64,000 bases of DNA. It comes from Takakia lepidozioides. Lineage: Eukaryota > Plantae > Bryophyta. A model generated the notes under the pieces. That model ran no database searches and was not told the origin of the DNA. It saw only the letters and a program-made list of their open reading frames with translations. Shown here in pieces: positions 9,600 to 23,149 of the stretch (positions are counted from its first letter, which is position 1; each line of letters begins with the position of its first letter). The stretch is taken from the NCBI GenBank assembly GCA_030704615.1, contig CM060734.1:52886001-52950000 (forward strand). Direction: 5' to 3'. Position numbers and translations under genes: made by a program.

Positions 9600-10260
9600 T
9601 AAGATGCGAAGCAGTGTTCTGCTGAGACAGATCACTGTATAACCTGCTGCTCCGGACGATACAGACTCATTTATGTAAGACCTGATGTGTGTGTAATAAG
9701 TTGACTTGCTGCAATGTGATTACCTTGGTGGGCCTGGCAAGAATTGCGCAGATAAAATGTGAGAGATGTTCTTGGGTGCTTTTGATTACTCTGCAGTGAA
9801 TGATGACCACTACTTTGTTCACAAAACAGATGTTTGCACGAGGATCTCAATACACCAATGCAACCAATACTTCTGTAATACCTCCTTGCTAGTGAAGACT
9901 CATTAAATGGCGAGAGATGTGGAAGGCCAGCAGCTGTTTCAGTCCAGTTGTACAATTTTCAATACTGACGATGTCCAGCTGAAGTAAGGAGAGTTGCAAC
10001 CAAGGTCTCAGAACTTCAAAAACTCCTAGTTGCAGCACGACCCACTTCCGCGCCCATCTCTGGCATACATTTCAATTGCCCAAGCTATAGGAGTTGAAGT
10101 AGTCCAGGCGACCTCCAGGTGCAACCAAAGCAACCGTGAGGAGTAGCTTAACTGATTCGTCAGCATCACAAAGACTCTCCATGGCATATTAAGGCAGATC
10201 CGACCCAACCTGCTAGAAATTCACAACGAAGCCCAGAAAATTGGGTCAAGCAAGCTTCCG
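9600..10260 (-). pseudogene. Decayed LRR-like coding relic
   Basis: Minus-strand 10029-9889 reads LGVFEVLRPWLQLSLLQLDIVSIENCTTGLKQLLAFHISRHLMSLH*. Adjacent frames give SSRLLWLHLEV and VVVIIHCRVIK. Stops and frameshifts throughout; boundaries approximate. Confidence 0.35.
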
Positions 10261-10635
10261 TCTTCGAAACCTCATGCATCCCCTTCATATCACATCCGAG
10301 GCACTAATTAGAAAGAGAAGGTGGTGAATCTTCCAAGTGTCACGGCCCCCTTCGGATAAGGGGCTCATCCATCAAATTGATTGGTCTCGGCATTTGAAGC
10401 TCTGTGTGATAGCCAACAGCAGAGCAGGGATTCAGCCCGTCACCTGGGTTAAGACCTCGGCTCTTTCCGGACGATGCTTTCTGTGGAGATTCGAAGTTGT
10501 GGGTTCTCTGATTCTTGGTAGAAACAATCTCAGTTTTGGGAGTTTATTGAGAGAGTCTCTAACTCATCTACCTGCCCACCTACCTCATTGGGATTTCTTT
10601 AAGAAAGAAGAGAGAGATTAGGGGGAGAGAACACA

Positions 10636-13600
10636 ATGCAAGAATTGCTGTCGTGTGCTCTCGCTCAGTCAGCTGTTGTGGCGACAGTGAGCTTCCAAAA
10701 TTCTTCGACAAGTTCTTTAAACGGGTCTGTAATGTGTGCCCCGGCTAGCCATGGAACAGACGGCTTTCTCTCAGTCGCTGGGCTGAATTCCTCGCGATCC
10801 AGTCTTTTTGGTGATGCACGCTGGCTTTCTTCCAAATATCTCAGTCAGGTGAGACCTACATTTACTCAGCGAATTTCGTGGAAGTGATCCACAATTCCCT
10901 CCTGCCTACCAATCACTGGGTTTCTTCCCTCACCTCCATCTCTGCTCCCGTGGCGGATGTGAGTTTCATTTTCACATGGCACCTGGTATCTCTCTATCAA
11001 ATGTAGGTATGCGGAATTAGTCCAAATCATTCTCAAGGATCAGGCGATAGGAATGGAGCAGAGTTCGAGGATTCAGACGGGTCCTTGGGAAAACTTCCAG
11101 GGGAACATTTCTATTCATCGTTATGTGCCCTGGCGCCCACCAGTGGACATGTGCAGAGCATGACGAGTGGGACAGGGGGGACTAGGAAAGCATCGTGTGC
11201 CTCAACCGGGTCGCTGAACAGTTCCTGCAACTTGTTAACTTGTTTTAACCGTGATTGGCATTCATAGTTCTTTCCCCATTGTATATTTTGCCAATTTTGC
11301 ACAGCGTGAGATGTATGCTCAATGGACATGCGCAAAAAGTGCAAATTTATTTTTGCTAAGCCGTCTATGCCATGCTTTTAAGGATGTGTTAACTTCATTT
11401 CAACCTGTTTTTGGCTTGTGTAGCGAAGTAGTGTCTCTCAGAGTGGAAGCCGGGGCCTTGTTTGTAATGCAGCCGCTGGAGAAGAGAGCAAAAGCTCCAA
11501 TGTATGGCATCTGTCTCCTAGATTTCTGCTACCAGTTTTGCATTGTTTCCTGTTTTCTGTCTGTTCCAGCAATGTTTGCAAAATTTAGACACATGTGGAT
11601 TGCAAAGAGGATACTGGCAGAAAGCAGGTGTACTTGAGCGGAGGAGAGAGGGTTGAGGTTTAAACGAATGCACTGGAGTTGTTGCAGAAAGATAAGATGA
11701 TTGTGGCAATTACAGGAGCAACAGGTTTCATAGGTTCAAGGCTGGTTCAAAAACTTCTTGCTGGTATGTGCCCAGTTAATTATGCATATGGGGGGATCCA
11801 GATGATCATTGGTTGTATTCTTCACAGATCTAGCAAAAAGGACCCCTCACTCTCCACACCAAATATGATTTTTATGATGCAGATGGACATAAAGTTCGAA
11901 TACTCACACGTTCAGCGTCCAGGGCTCGTTCTGTATTTCCTGGTAAGAGAAAAATTTCTGCTTTACACCAAATTGCCAACAAATTTATGTCTGCTTGAAT
12001 CTCAACCTTAGCGCGAGGACTGACTAGAAGGGGTGAGGCAACTGGCTTTCATTTGTCATAAACCCTCGAAGTTATGCTGTGTTCTGATTAAGCACAAAGT
12101 AACTGGACGATGCTCACCCTGAGTATGGAAGGTGCAAATGATTGGAGTTGAGCAAAATGTACGACCACGTTTAAGAGTTTCCATTGCTCCAATCGCTGGC
12201 ATGTTGACAGTAACCTGTAGGTGTCACACAACTTCTTGCAGCCCTAATTGGTGGGGCCAGCACTTTAATCACTGTGAGAGAAAAAAAGGGGCTGATAGTT
12301 TCTGTGGCCTGCAAATGCAGAGAGAAAATATCCAGGTGTGGTGGTTGCAGAGGAAGGGGAATGGTCGCAGCTCATTCAAGGTGCAACAGGCGTGGTCAAC
12401 CTAGCTGGCCTTCCCATCAGTACACGCTGGACTCCTCAGGTCTATTTAATGTTCTCTCTTGTCCCTCTCCCCCCCACACAAAGTACTCTTCAGTATGGTG
12501 GGCATTTGCTGTGCACTTGTTCAAAGTCCTTGCATGATCTAAGTACTACTATTGTACTTAGAGCACAAATTCGAGTGTAAGGTTGAATCCTGAGCACCTC
12601 TGTGGATGTTATGTGGCAGGTGAAACAAGACATAAAGAACAGCAGAGTAGGAGTGACTGACAAGGTAAATTGCATCTCTTCTTATGCAAGTGGACATAGT
12701 TTTAGTCCCAACGGAGTAAGGGCTACATCCTTGTCAAGAGGTTGTCTGGAACACACTGCCCTTGACTCGTTCTTCTTCGTTTCTCTGTGTTTGTTATATC
12801 TGTCAAAACACTGTTGGCCATTCATTTCTCATCATATGCCTGTCCACCCTGCCACTACTCAGCAAGAATAAATGAAGGAAGGTAGAGGGGCGCATCTATG
12901 AGTGAGTCTACCTGGGCTTCCTGGTTGCACTGCTCAGTAACTTGCCATTGGGTTGGACCCAGGTTGTGAAGGCAATCAATGCTGTGCCCGAGGAATTGCG
13001 GCCCAGAGTTCTTGTCAGCTCCACAGCTGTGGGGTACTATGGTGAGTGTCCGCTATTTGGGATGTCCCAAGTCGGATGCCTTACAGTTGCATCCAAAAGC
13101 CTGATACATGTGAACTTAATGGCATCTTTATAGTAACATGCAGCTGTGGTGAGGAACTTGGGTCCAGCAGTTATTTTCTGATGAGCATTCAATGCCACCT
13201 AGAAAGTTTGCATCAACAGAGGTTCTTTATGGCATGGCAGGCACAAGCGAGACATCTGCTTTTGATGAGACTAGTCCATCAGGAAAGGACTATCTTGCTG
13301 AGGTGAGACTCCTCCTAACAGGTTGGGAGGTTGGGAGAGAAAGTTGGATTGGAAAAGGAACCCAATGCTAGGAGAGAGGAGGAGAGAGGAGGCAGGGACA
13401 CAAGAAATGAATGTGGAAAAAGAGGTCCTTCTGTTATGTCATGGGTGTAGGAAGAAGGTATTGTGATTGTGCTGAATAATTAGGTTTGTGTGAAGGTCAT
13501 CTGCTTAAGGGTGTGTAGTACCTACGCTGCTCAAGTAGCCATGAAACAACTTTTCAGTCTTTCTACTGGAGGCACCACTAGAGTAGAAGGACGTGCCCCC

Positions 13601-16600
13601 ACACAGAAGCTAACTAAGCTCTCCAGTGCATGATGGAAGATTGCATCTCTTTTACATGTAAGCAGGCACGTCTGCTTAGAGCATGCGTTGCTGCAGACAC
13701 CACAAGAGTGAAAATCCTCAATGGCCATGCATGGACAATGGGACAGGTGTGCAGAGAGTGGGAAGCCAAAGCTCAGGGCCTCACCGGCAGCACCAGGCTA
13801 GTTCTCATTCGCATTGGCGTTGTGCTTGGCAAAGATGGTGGCGCCCTAGGCATGTATCTTGCAATTCCCTTTCAGTTTTTGTTTCCAAGCTTCTCAGGTG
13901 TGCACGATTGGGACTTCTTGGTTGCCAGTTATTGGGGACATCCAGAAAACCCAGGCACACAAATGTGTAGGTTACTGGGCAATTCCGTGCAATAGTGAGC
14001 GAGAACACCTTTTTTGGGGGGGCATTTTTGATTGGTCCAAATTTTGGCGGGGGGAATCAGAGATTCGGTCACAAAATGCCCACCACATTCTGATTAGTAA
14101 ACAGATATGAAAGCCTTGTGATATAGAATGCAAGACATTTTTTGTGTTGACATGAGACTGACTTAAACTCTTTGCATTCATTCCCTCCAAACAGAAAAAA
14201 GGAAAACAATGAGATTCAATCTCAAGTCGTAAGTCTTAAGTGGGGAGATTTCTTCAGCTCCCTTAGGTTCTGTGTCTCTCTCTCTCTTGCTTTCTTATTG
14301 TGTTCTGGAGTCTTCTGTGGTTGGATGCAAAAACTTTGTCTTGTCTGAGTCTTCCTGTGTTGACATAGAAGCTTATTATGTTTTCATCCTCTGTTGGGAA
14401 CTGATGCATATTAGTCGGGAGTTATAGTAGGTGGTCACTGTTATACAAGCTAGCTGATTTGTCTGGTACTCTTAGATCACGAAGTTATGAGACAGCATTC
14501 TTTCTGGTTAATTCTTTCTTGTGACCATCCTTGAAGTTCGTCCTGTTCTCATTGAAAGCTCTTTTTTTTCTTGATGTGTCATCTGATTTCATTTTTGGTT
14601 AGAGATTACTAGGCCTGCTCTCACATTGATCTATATAGTTTATCATGGCTGCATGTATGATGGATAGGTGATTGATGTGGTACACCATATTTGTGATTGC
14701 GGGCGTGTCTGGCTCTGTATTGTTGTGGTCTTATCCTTCATTTCAGCAACCTCTTCATGGGAGTTTTCGTTGATTTCCATGGCATGTTCGTGGTTGCAGC
14801 CCAGATGGTACCTATCTTCTCAATTTTTGCGGGTGGGCCGCTGGGCTCTGGAAAGCAATGGTCAGATCTCTCTCCTTCTCTCTCTTGTTAATGTTGGATA
14901 AAATATTTCAGGTGGAATAAAGTGATTTTTTCCTATGGATATCCTGAAACTGACAATTAGACCCTTGCTGCAAAATGCATTCCCTGGCTTGGGCAAGGTG
15001 GGATTTATTGAGTGCCCATGTGCTGGTTTAAATTTAGGGTTTCAGAACCCTTACCCTGCAATTTAGTACTCATTTTCAAAAGTTGTTTGAGTACGAATGG
15101 TGGCTACCTGAAACTATAGACAAAGTGTCGGGCACACCGCTCACTAAGCTTTGCCTTCAAAAGGTTTTCAACAGGGCTATGGCCAGCAAGGCTTAAGTAC
15201 AACCTTGCCATCATTGACTCCTAATGCAGTTATAGGGAAGCCATGGCTCATTTATTTACACGAACATGAAGTGACATCAGCACATTCATGTGCTTTGCAA
15301 TTACTTGTTGTTGCGTGAACGGATGTGCGTCAAGGTTCTGTGCAATGTCACACCTTTACTATTATCTATGCAATCTTTCACTTGCTTAGATCTGCATGTT
15401 GGACAGCGATAGCAAGTGTGAAGACCTGGTACTCACCTTACACATCCTCACTACAGGCATTCTGTTGGATGTGGTGGTTTTTGGGACGGGTGCAGGTGAG
15501 GTTCCTTCACCTTTCATGGGTCTTCAAGTTATATGTGTAAGTTTTGCTACAGAGTACATTGGATAGATGATGGAAATCGCCTATCACATGAGGCATCCAC
15601 TGCCAAGGACAAATGGTACAATGATTGACAACAGCCTTATGTTTCTGTGAGGGAAGTATTTTACGGAAGTAATCTACCCTTGGGATCTCATACCATAGGG
15701 TTCTGTAGACCCGTCTTGACTTGGATCAATCTCAGTTTACCGCCCAGGTGAGTGGTTTCATTTTGAATACTATGTTTGTTTTGTTTTAAGACATGGCAGT
15801 ACACCCTGTTCGGGCTACGGTGGAAGAGCTGGATTTGTCGCAGTTTTGAGACATAATTTTCAGGGAAGTGTTTGTGTTGACGCTACTTTGATGAAACCAT
15901 ATCATCTCCTAGAGAAGTGCTATGCTCAGACATTTACTGTGGGCACAGATGTCTATGGTTTTAAGCAAGCACTGGTTTGCTTAAGTAAAGGCTAAGGCTG
16001 ACGTGGAGGTCACTGACCTACAGTCCACATGCTAGCATGAATTTTGGTTTTCTGGAAATCCCAGTATGACAGTACAGTGAATATGAATACTGTTCAGTAT
16101 GATGTCTGTCACTGTGCAGAAAGGTGGTTTTTTGAAGGGTGATGGTTCCTTGCAATGCAAGGCTGTTTTGTCCTGGTTTTTTTAAAAAAGGTTTCTGATC
16201 TAGTCAAGTTCTGACAGATCCTTCCTTGTCGTGACAAGATAAGCCCTATCTCTCCATAAATAAATAAATATATCTATCTGGGCCACAATGCTAGCGAACT
16301 AAGTATTGTGAGTATATTCTATCAATAAATCCCTGAACTTGTCCAGTCTGTGACATGGGGGAGGACATCATGGATGACCTCGAGGGTCTACCCACTCTCG
16401 GCACTAGACTGAAATTTAAACTCAGGGCAGGAAGCCTACCTTTGAACAGCAAACAGAAGCAGAGAGGAAAGGGAGAGTGCAATTGCCCGTTGTGAGGGCA
16501 ACCCAAAGACAATATTCATTTCCTGATTCACGGTCCGGGGTTCTCTCATCAGAGAGACGCTCTCCTCAAATCTATGAAGGGAATTGTGCCTGTATCTCTG

Positions 16601-19600
16601 TTTACCAACTTTGAAAGTCTCGAGGCTGAGCCAAAAGCCAAGGCCCTCCTGGGGCCTAGTTATTGGGCAAACCACACACAGCAGATTGATGCTTGTGTGA
16701 AGGGGTTTCTAGAGGATATCTGGAAAACCCGGATCAATGTTTTATACCAAGGTAAGTCTTACTACCAACGTCAGCCCCTGACAGAGGTAGGTTCTGTCCC
16801 TTTGTGTTCCGCTCAAACTGGGCGAGGGGTCAATGGCCACAAGGCTATATCTTGGAAACAGGACCGCCCTGTCAAACAGGCTAAGTCCTGGCAGAAGAGA
16901 GTAGAAGAGATCCTCAAGGACCTGGACCTGGATCCGCAAGTCTTGACCCTGCTGGATAAATCTGACTTAGAGGCTGTAGTGTCCTCAGCCATGTCTGTTG
17001 CCATGAGATTGTCTGATGAAAATGAAGTTAGGCAGAAAACTTCCCTGAACTTGTTTCCAGTCTGTGACGTGGGGGAGGACATCTTGGATGACCTCAAGGG
17101 TCTACCCACTCTCGGCACTAGACTGAAATTTAAACTCAGGGCAGGAAGCCTACCTTTGAACAGCAAACAGAAGCAGAGAGGAAAGGGAGAGTGCAATTGC
17201 CCGTTGTGTGGGCAATCTGAAGACAGTATTCATTTTCTGATACACTGTCCGGGGTTCTCTCACCAAAGAGACGCTCTCTTGAAATATATTAAGGGAATTG
17301 TGCCTGTACCCCTGTTTACCAACTTTGAAAGTCTCGAGGCTGAGCCAAAAGCCCAGGCCCTCCTGAGGCCTAGTTTTTGGGCAAATCACACACAGCAGAT
17401 TGATGCTTGTGTGAAGGGATTTCTAGAGGATATCTGGAAAACCCGGATTAATTCTTTATATGGAGGTAAGTCTTACTACCAACGTCAGCCCCTGACAGAG
17501 GTAGGTTCTGTCCCTTTTGTTCCCGCTCAAACTGGGCGCGGGGTCAATGGCCACAAGGCTACGGCAAACAACGTCTTATGAGTACAATCTATCAATAAAT
17601 GTGCGTCTCTCTCTCTCTCTCATGCATGTTAAAAAGATTCTCTTATTTTGGCTCTGAGACTGAAAGAACATTTCTTCTTTCAGTGTCTTCTCTACTATGC
17701 AATCTGAGGTCGCTACTATTACTGATTCCAGGACAGCCAATCCCTCCATGACATCTTCTATTATGAGAATCAGAAATGCTTGGCAGCATATCTGCATAAC
17801 GCTTTCATCTTGTGGAATAGTTGTTTTTATACCGCATGTTAAGGGCACCACTTTTCTTTCCTGTTGTTATAAGTCAGCTCAGATTTAGTTATCCATTGGG
17901 ACTGTTAGCTAGGGTTCTGTCAGGGTTTTGTGACGGCTAGGGATGGTTCTACCAGAAGGTTCCACCACGAGGTTGCACCAGAAGGTTCCAGAGAACGTGT
18001 GTAGGATTCAAGGGAAAGGCTGAGGCAATGCCTAGTATTACTTCTAGCATGTAGGTAGATGTGCTATCCTTGTAGATTCCAGAGAGGAGTAGTCTAGCAT
18101 CTACTGTCAACTCTGTAAGCTTTCTTTGGTAGTAGGGAGCAAGGACTTTTGTTAGTCTTATTCAGCTGTCAATTTTCGTACTGTTCCTTGTGCCTAGAAG
18201 CTTCCTGTCAATATCTCTAGAGTGAGGACAGGTCTAGTTTTCTAACACCTGTATCCTCTTTGAACTTCCCGTGGACGTTACCTTGAACATTTTTTTGTTC
18301 TAGTTTGTCCCATGGGCCATCAGAGCCCTCTCTTTGGACGTTGTAGAGTTTATTTATGTATTTATCTCTCTCCCCCTCTTGAACTGTTAGCATGACCATA
18401 GGGAGATGAAATGTTGTGTTGACAAATATTCTTAGAGGTGAATGGGGTGGTGTGTAGGTCTCAAAGTACAGCTCTCCCTTTGGTACAAAATGGGCAGGAT
18501 GTGATGGGGTTGTTGCATGTGAAGGTTCTCATGGGTGCATCGGGATGATCTAGTTTCACTGATTATTGAAGCTCTCTCCAACCCTGCTTACGAAGGTACT
18601 TATTATTTTTGTCTGCTTTCCGTGTTTCAAATCACTTCCGTAGAGAAATTAAAACTCAGAATGTGAAAGTTTGCTCAAGATTTGACTGTGGTCATTGCCT
18701 GTCAGTTTTCTCTTAAATTAACATTTTTAGTCCTTTTGAATGATGAATGTGTGTGCTTTATAGAGAGGATGTATCCAGAATCATGATGCTTTTCTCTTCC
18801 TGGATACCATAGGCTTACACAGCTATGTTTCCATGGGATAGGACCCATCAGATTGATAGCATATCTCAGACTGGTACTGCTCTCTTGCGTGTGAGATAGA
18901 AATCTTCTCTAAACATGAATGTAACATGTTTCTTGCTAAGGTACCAAGACACCTCCTAGTCCTTCATCTACAGTACCAGAAGGTGTCCACCTTCCAAACG
19001 GAAGCCCTTTTGGATGAAGTGACACCATCAATTAAACTTTCTTTGGCAAGAGTCTTCCTCTCTCTACAGTACCATGGCAACCCAATGGACTGCAACATTG
19101 GTATTTTATGATGAACACCCCCTCTGTCAGTTGCACCTAAACCACCCCAGCCACAAGCAATGGAGAAGCAGAAAACCGAAGAAAGAGACACATAAACTTT
19201 AAAACGTCCATGGGAAGCTTGAATCGCTTATGGGACAAAGGAAAAGAGCAAGAGATAGACACATGTAGAGAGAGGAATAACAGATTTTGTACCGTCGTGG
19301 CTTCAGGTGTGATAAATGGAACAGCACCAAACCCAGTACGAGTAAATGAGATGTGTGACAGACTGGGAGCTGCATTGGGGCGCCCATCATGGCTCCCAGT
19401 TCCTGAATTTGCACTCAAGGCTGTCCTGGGGGAGGGTGCCTCTGTGGTAGGTCTCTTTTCCCAAGTTTTGTACACTGGTGCATAAGAAGGTTCAAGCTAA
19501 TGGATTGATTAAGAAATTAGTTTCAGTCTCCTAAAATGATGCGGTGGGGGCCTTTCAGCTTGTGATGCTCAGCAGGTTGTTTCCATGGCAGAACCCTCAC

Positions 19601-19730
19601 TCACAGTAATTGCTGGGTGCAGCAGGTACTGGAAGGTCAAAGGGTGTTACCAAAGAAGGCTCAAGAGCTGGGATTTACATTCAAATATCGCTTCCTCTCT
19701 GATGCTCTTAAGGCCATTTTGTCAGCATAG
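10636..19730 (+). CDS. GC1: Chloroplast epimerase-family protein SDR39U1 / GIANT CHLOROPLAST 1 (SulA-like, TIGR01777 type), multi-exon
   Basis: Transit-peptide-like exon 10636-10848. Rossmann motif [20 protein letters not shown] (~11688-11763), [45 protein letters not shown] (to 13849), [12 protein letters not shown] (14800-14860), [10 protein letters not shown] (18525-18595), [11 protein letters not shown] (19307-19446), [17 protein letters not shown] (19626-19730). Exon 2 not resolved. Confidence 0.9.
16281..17600 (+). mobile_element. Tandem head-to-tail 5'-truncated non-LTR retrotransposon (LINE) 3' ends in a GC1 intron: terminal relic 16281-16330, copy A ~16330-16845, copy B ~16848-17600
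   Basis: ORF2 C-terminal region [30 protein letters not shown] (CCHC zinc knuckle). 16330-16845 is a near-duplicate of 17042-17561. The terminus ggccacaa.gcta...tgagta..tctatcaataaat occurs at 16281-16330 and 17549-17600, the latter followed by (TC)n. Confidence 0.85.
17903..18247. mobile_element. Solo-LTR-like segment
   Basis: Starts TGTTAG and ends CTAACA (6-bp terminal inverted repeat, TG..CA). Internal agaaggttcca / agaagcttcc repeats. No matching target-site duplication (gggac vs cctgt). Confidence 0.4.
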
Positions 19731-20329
19731 AACATTTGCTCCTTCCCTCTTAACTAGCAGAGCTCACCTTCTGTCATTCCTCCTTTTCGCTTGCTGCTTC
19801 AGTATGTTCTTCTCTCCAGAGTCACTAGAGCAGCATGTTCATACCAGACTTACATCCAAGTTCACCTTCCTCATCCTCTTTGAAGCTCCCATTCCCCATC
19901 TCAACTTCTCCTCTACAGGGGAAAACAGGTTTGGAAAGCTGCATGTTGCAAGCCAATTTTGCCATTGGATTTTGTTCACATTGCAGGAGGCAGGTATAGG
20001 GGATGGTCATGCAGAATCTCAATTGTACTCCTGATGTCAATCTAACAATCTCTGTATTTGTATGCTCAACTGGTTGGTGCAAGTTGACAATTTCTGAGTA
20101 CACTCTACTCTTGACAGTCATTAGCTGTGATAAAGTGTAGCAGCTGTACCTAAGCATTACCCAAGCTTGCAGGAAACAGATCTGTGCAAATGCCAATGGA
20201 AGTTAACCTTTCATTATGGTAAGTGTAGATCTGTAATGTGCAACACTATTTCCTAGATCTCTCCATGATCAATGTCATAGCTAATGCCATTCTTCCTTGT
20301 CTGGCACGAGTGATGCGAACCTGTTGTAT

Positions 20330-20760
20330 TTTCATATTTCATCTGAAAGGAACTGCTCTCACTTTCACTTTCTAGTACGACATAATATTGCCTTCCTAGA
20401 GTAATGCCATGCAATATCCTCTCCCTCGCTGTCTGAAGATTGTTTTTGTTATACCCTCCTGCTAGACTAATTGGGCTTGTTCCATGACCAATTCGTCCGA
20501 CATTCACAGGTTGGAGCAATTTCTTTACTCAGTGTACCAACATACCACAGCCGTATACAGCCAAATTATTTTCCAATCAACCGACAGACAAGACAGACAA
20601 GCGGTCAAAATTTCAGTTACTGCAGAATGTCCATTTTACTACATGGACTTCAACGAGGATGTATGGATCTCTTGACCAGCCCTAACAGGTCTTTGCATGT
20701 ACAAAACATGCACCCACAACTGATGGGACTGGAGTTGTGATCGGAGCACATACAGAAGAG
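20330..20760 (+). pseudogene. Decayed LRR-like coding relic
   Basis: Fragments LPRCLKIVF, DIHRLEQFLYSV, VKISVTAECPF and RSLHVQNMHPQLMGLEL in shifting frames. Confidence 0.25.
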
Positions 20761-21186
20761 ACAAGATGCGCCCAGACAGAGAGGACTAAAATTTGATTGT
20801 TCTCTGCCAAATGTAGCAGAAAACCGTTCTATGAGGGCCCCAATTTTCCCTTGAGGGAAAAACTGACTTCACATACCCCTGCATTATTTCCTCACCTGAC
20901 ATTCCAAACATGACTGCCACCACAGCACAGACCAATTGGAGAGCTGGGAAACCCTTTCTACGTCTAACATGTAGATGAATAGAACTCCCCATTGTTGCTT
21001 CTCGGTCCTCAAAGCATCAAGGCATGCAGCTGCAGTGGGAGCTAACCACTGGATAAAGGGTAACTCCCCATTATTCCCTAGTGAGGAGATATATATCAAT
21101 GTGAGAGCCTAGTGAGGAGAACGTTCTTTGGTAGCTAGGTCGCTTGAGGTTGACTGCTGTCTCCAGTCCAAAAACAGGAACTCTCT

Positions 21187-22608
21187 TTACTGTTCTCCAG
21201 GGAGCATTGTGTCTTCTGTAATATTGCAGAAACCATTTTCCTCTCCAATGAGGTGGGCCACACACTTCTTCTCTGCAAGGAGCTCATCTTCCGACTTTTT
21301 GATGCGCTCATACAGGTAGTCGTCTATCTGACAATGTGGCACCAACTCGTAGTCTCCGTCTCCCTTAGATCTGCAAGGCATGCTGAAGATTAGGTCATCT
21401 GCGATTCCGTAGGGATTTCCAGTGGTGTACACCCCTGAAGAAAACCAGTCACCCTCAGGTGTCGGAGTGACGAGGGACTTCATGGCATCTGCAATAGAGA
21501 CGGCCGTTGACGCAGCTGATGAGCGGCCCCACTTTTTTATCAAAGTCCCTCCTCGCTTCTGCACCATTGGTGTGAACTCCTCCTCGAGCCATTTTCGGTC
21601 AGTGATTACATCGGTTGCACGTTTTCCATGGATTTTAGCATTCAGAAAGTCTGGCACTTGAGTGGTAGAGTGGTTTCCCCATATTGTGACATTCGAGACA
21701 TTGTCATAAAACACGCGAGCTTGGAGGGCTAATTGGCACTTTGCTCTGTTTTCGTCCAATCTAGTAAGAGCATGGAAATTCTTGTGCGGAATGCGAGGTG
21801 CATTTTTCAAAGCAATCAGGGCGTTTGTGTTGCACGGGTTGCCAACCACGAGTACCTTCACATTAGGGCTAGCAACAGCATTGAGAGCTTTCCCCTGCTC
21901 AGCAAAAATCTGACCATTGACGTCCAGCAAATCGGCCCGCTCCATTCCAGGCCCTCGAGGCTTTGCACCGATGAGAAGAGCCCAATCAGCATCACGGAAG
22001 ACCTCAATAGCATCAATCCCAATATTGACCTCCCTCAACAACGGAAACAGCGAATCTTCCAACTCCATTGCAACACCTTCAAGGGCTTCTCTGGACCTTT
22101 CTGAACCCAAAAGGTTGAGGGCAACAGGCTGATCCTGACCAAACACTTCCCCTGACGCGATTTTGAACAAAAGATGGTTGGCAATCATCCCTGCTGCACC
22201 TGAAACCGCGACTCGCACAGTTTTCTTCCATGTCTTGGGCCTTTCATCCTCTTTCAAATCATACGTGACACAAAACACGCCGAAGCATTCTACTCTTTTA
22301 CCTTCGGGAGCTTCCGGCAGTGCTGATGGTGCCACAGCCTCGGCAGAAACCTTCTGAGTTGGGCTGGGGGCAATGGAGCAATATATGCCCTGCGCACAAC
22401 CTGGCCGCACGAAAGTGCCCACATGCTGCTCAAATCTCTTCTTCAACGCTACCTTCAAGCTTCCCGAAACTGACTTGCGACCAAAGAAGGCACTCCCTGC
22501 ATTCAATCTCTGACCGGCATTGTTGTCACATGACAACACCACAGTGATTTTGTTAGTGAATGAGGGGGCTGCGGCGGAAGCTCCCGCAACCATGGCCGTG
22601 CTTGCCAT
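21187..22608 (-). CDS. NADP-MDH: Chloroplast NADP-dependent malate dehydrogenase (473 aa), single exon
   Basis: Transit peptide, N-terminal regulatory [52 protein letters not shown], and C-terminal [22 protein letters not shown] extension. Confidence 0.98.
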   Translation of the reverse strand: MASTAMVAGASAAAPSFTNKITVVLSCDNNAGQRLNAGSAFFGRKSVSGSLKVALKKRFEQHVGTFVRPGCAQGIYCSIAPSPTQKVSAEAVAPSALPEAPEGKRVECFGVFCVTYDLKEDERPKTWKKTVRVAVSGAAGMIANHLLFKIASGEVFGQDQPVALNLLGSERSREALEGVAMELEDSLFPLLREVNIGIDAIEVFRDADWALLIGAKPRGPGMERADLLDVNGQIFAEQGKALNAVASPNVKVLVVGNPCNTNALIALKNAPRIPHKNFHALTRLDENRAKCQLALQARVFYDNVSNVTIWGNHSTTQVPDFLNAKIHGKRATDVITDRKWLEEEFTPMVQKRGGTLIKKWGRSSAASTAVSIADAMKSLVTPTPEGDWFSSGVYTTGNPYGIADDLIFSMPCRSKGDGDYELVPHCQIDDYLYERIKKSEDELLAEKKCVAHLIGEENGFCNITEDTMLPGEQ

Positions 22609-23149
22609 CCTAGAGGCGCTACCCCTCTCAGGTCAACGTCAGGTCACAGCTGATCCAGTAGAAATACCCAACCCTCAAAGATTCAGCTCCTCCCCAACAG
22701 GCGAAAGAATGGAGCAGTGGTTTTTCTTTCGGCCTATCTGAGAAATGCACACCTCTCTGTTCACACTTCTAGAACGCCTAAAATGTTCCGTGCACCCTCT
22801 CTCTCCTGTACAACTCCTTACCTCTCTCCTCCCCGGATTCTCATCGACACTGTGCACCTGCACGTCAAGATTGCGACCCGTTAGAATCCCTGTCGATCAG
22901 AGCCGGTCCCTACTTTTTACTGAGTGTGAGTCCTCAAACGTCTACTTCTACCCAGTGGGTTCCCTTAAACTGTCTCTCTCTCACTCAGATTGTCCTCTGA
23001 GCAAGTACATCTGCGAATCAAGCGCCTCAGTGATCAGGACCAGGCCACGTTGCGCCATGGCCATCTTTCTGGACTCACCTTCTCGCCTGCCATGGTCTAC
23101 CTATGTTGGCCTGTCTCTATACTTAGCCAGCGATTAGTCAGACTCTAAT

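Noticed and set aside
15600-16200. Possible older LINE zinc-knuckle relic (CLC..ETI.HLLEKC)
   Set aside because: Needs a frameshift and a stop over a very short match; too weak to call.
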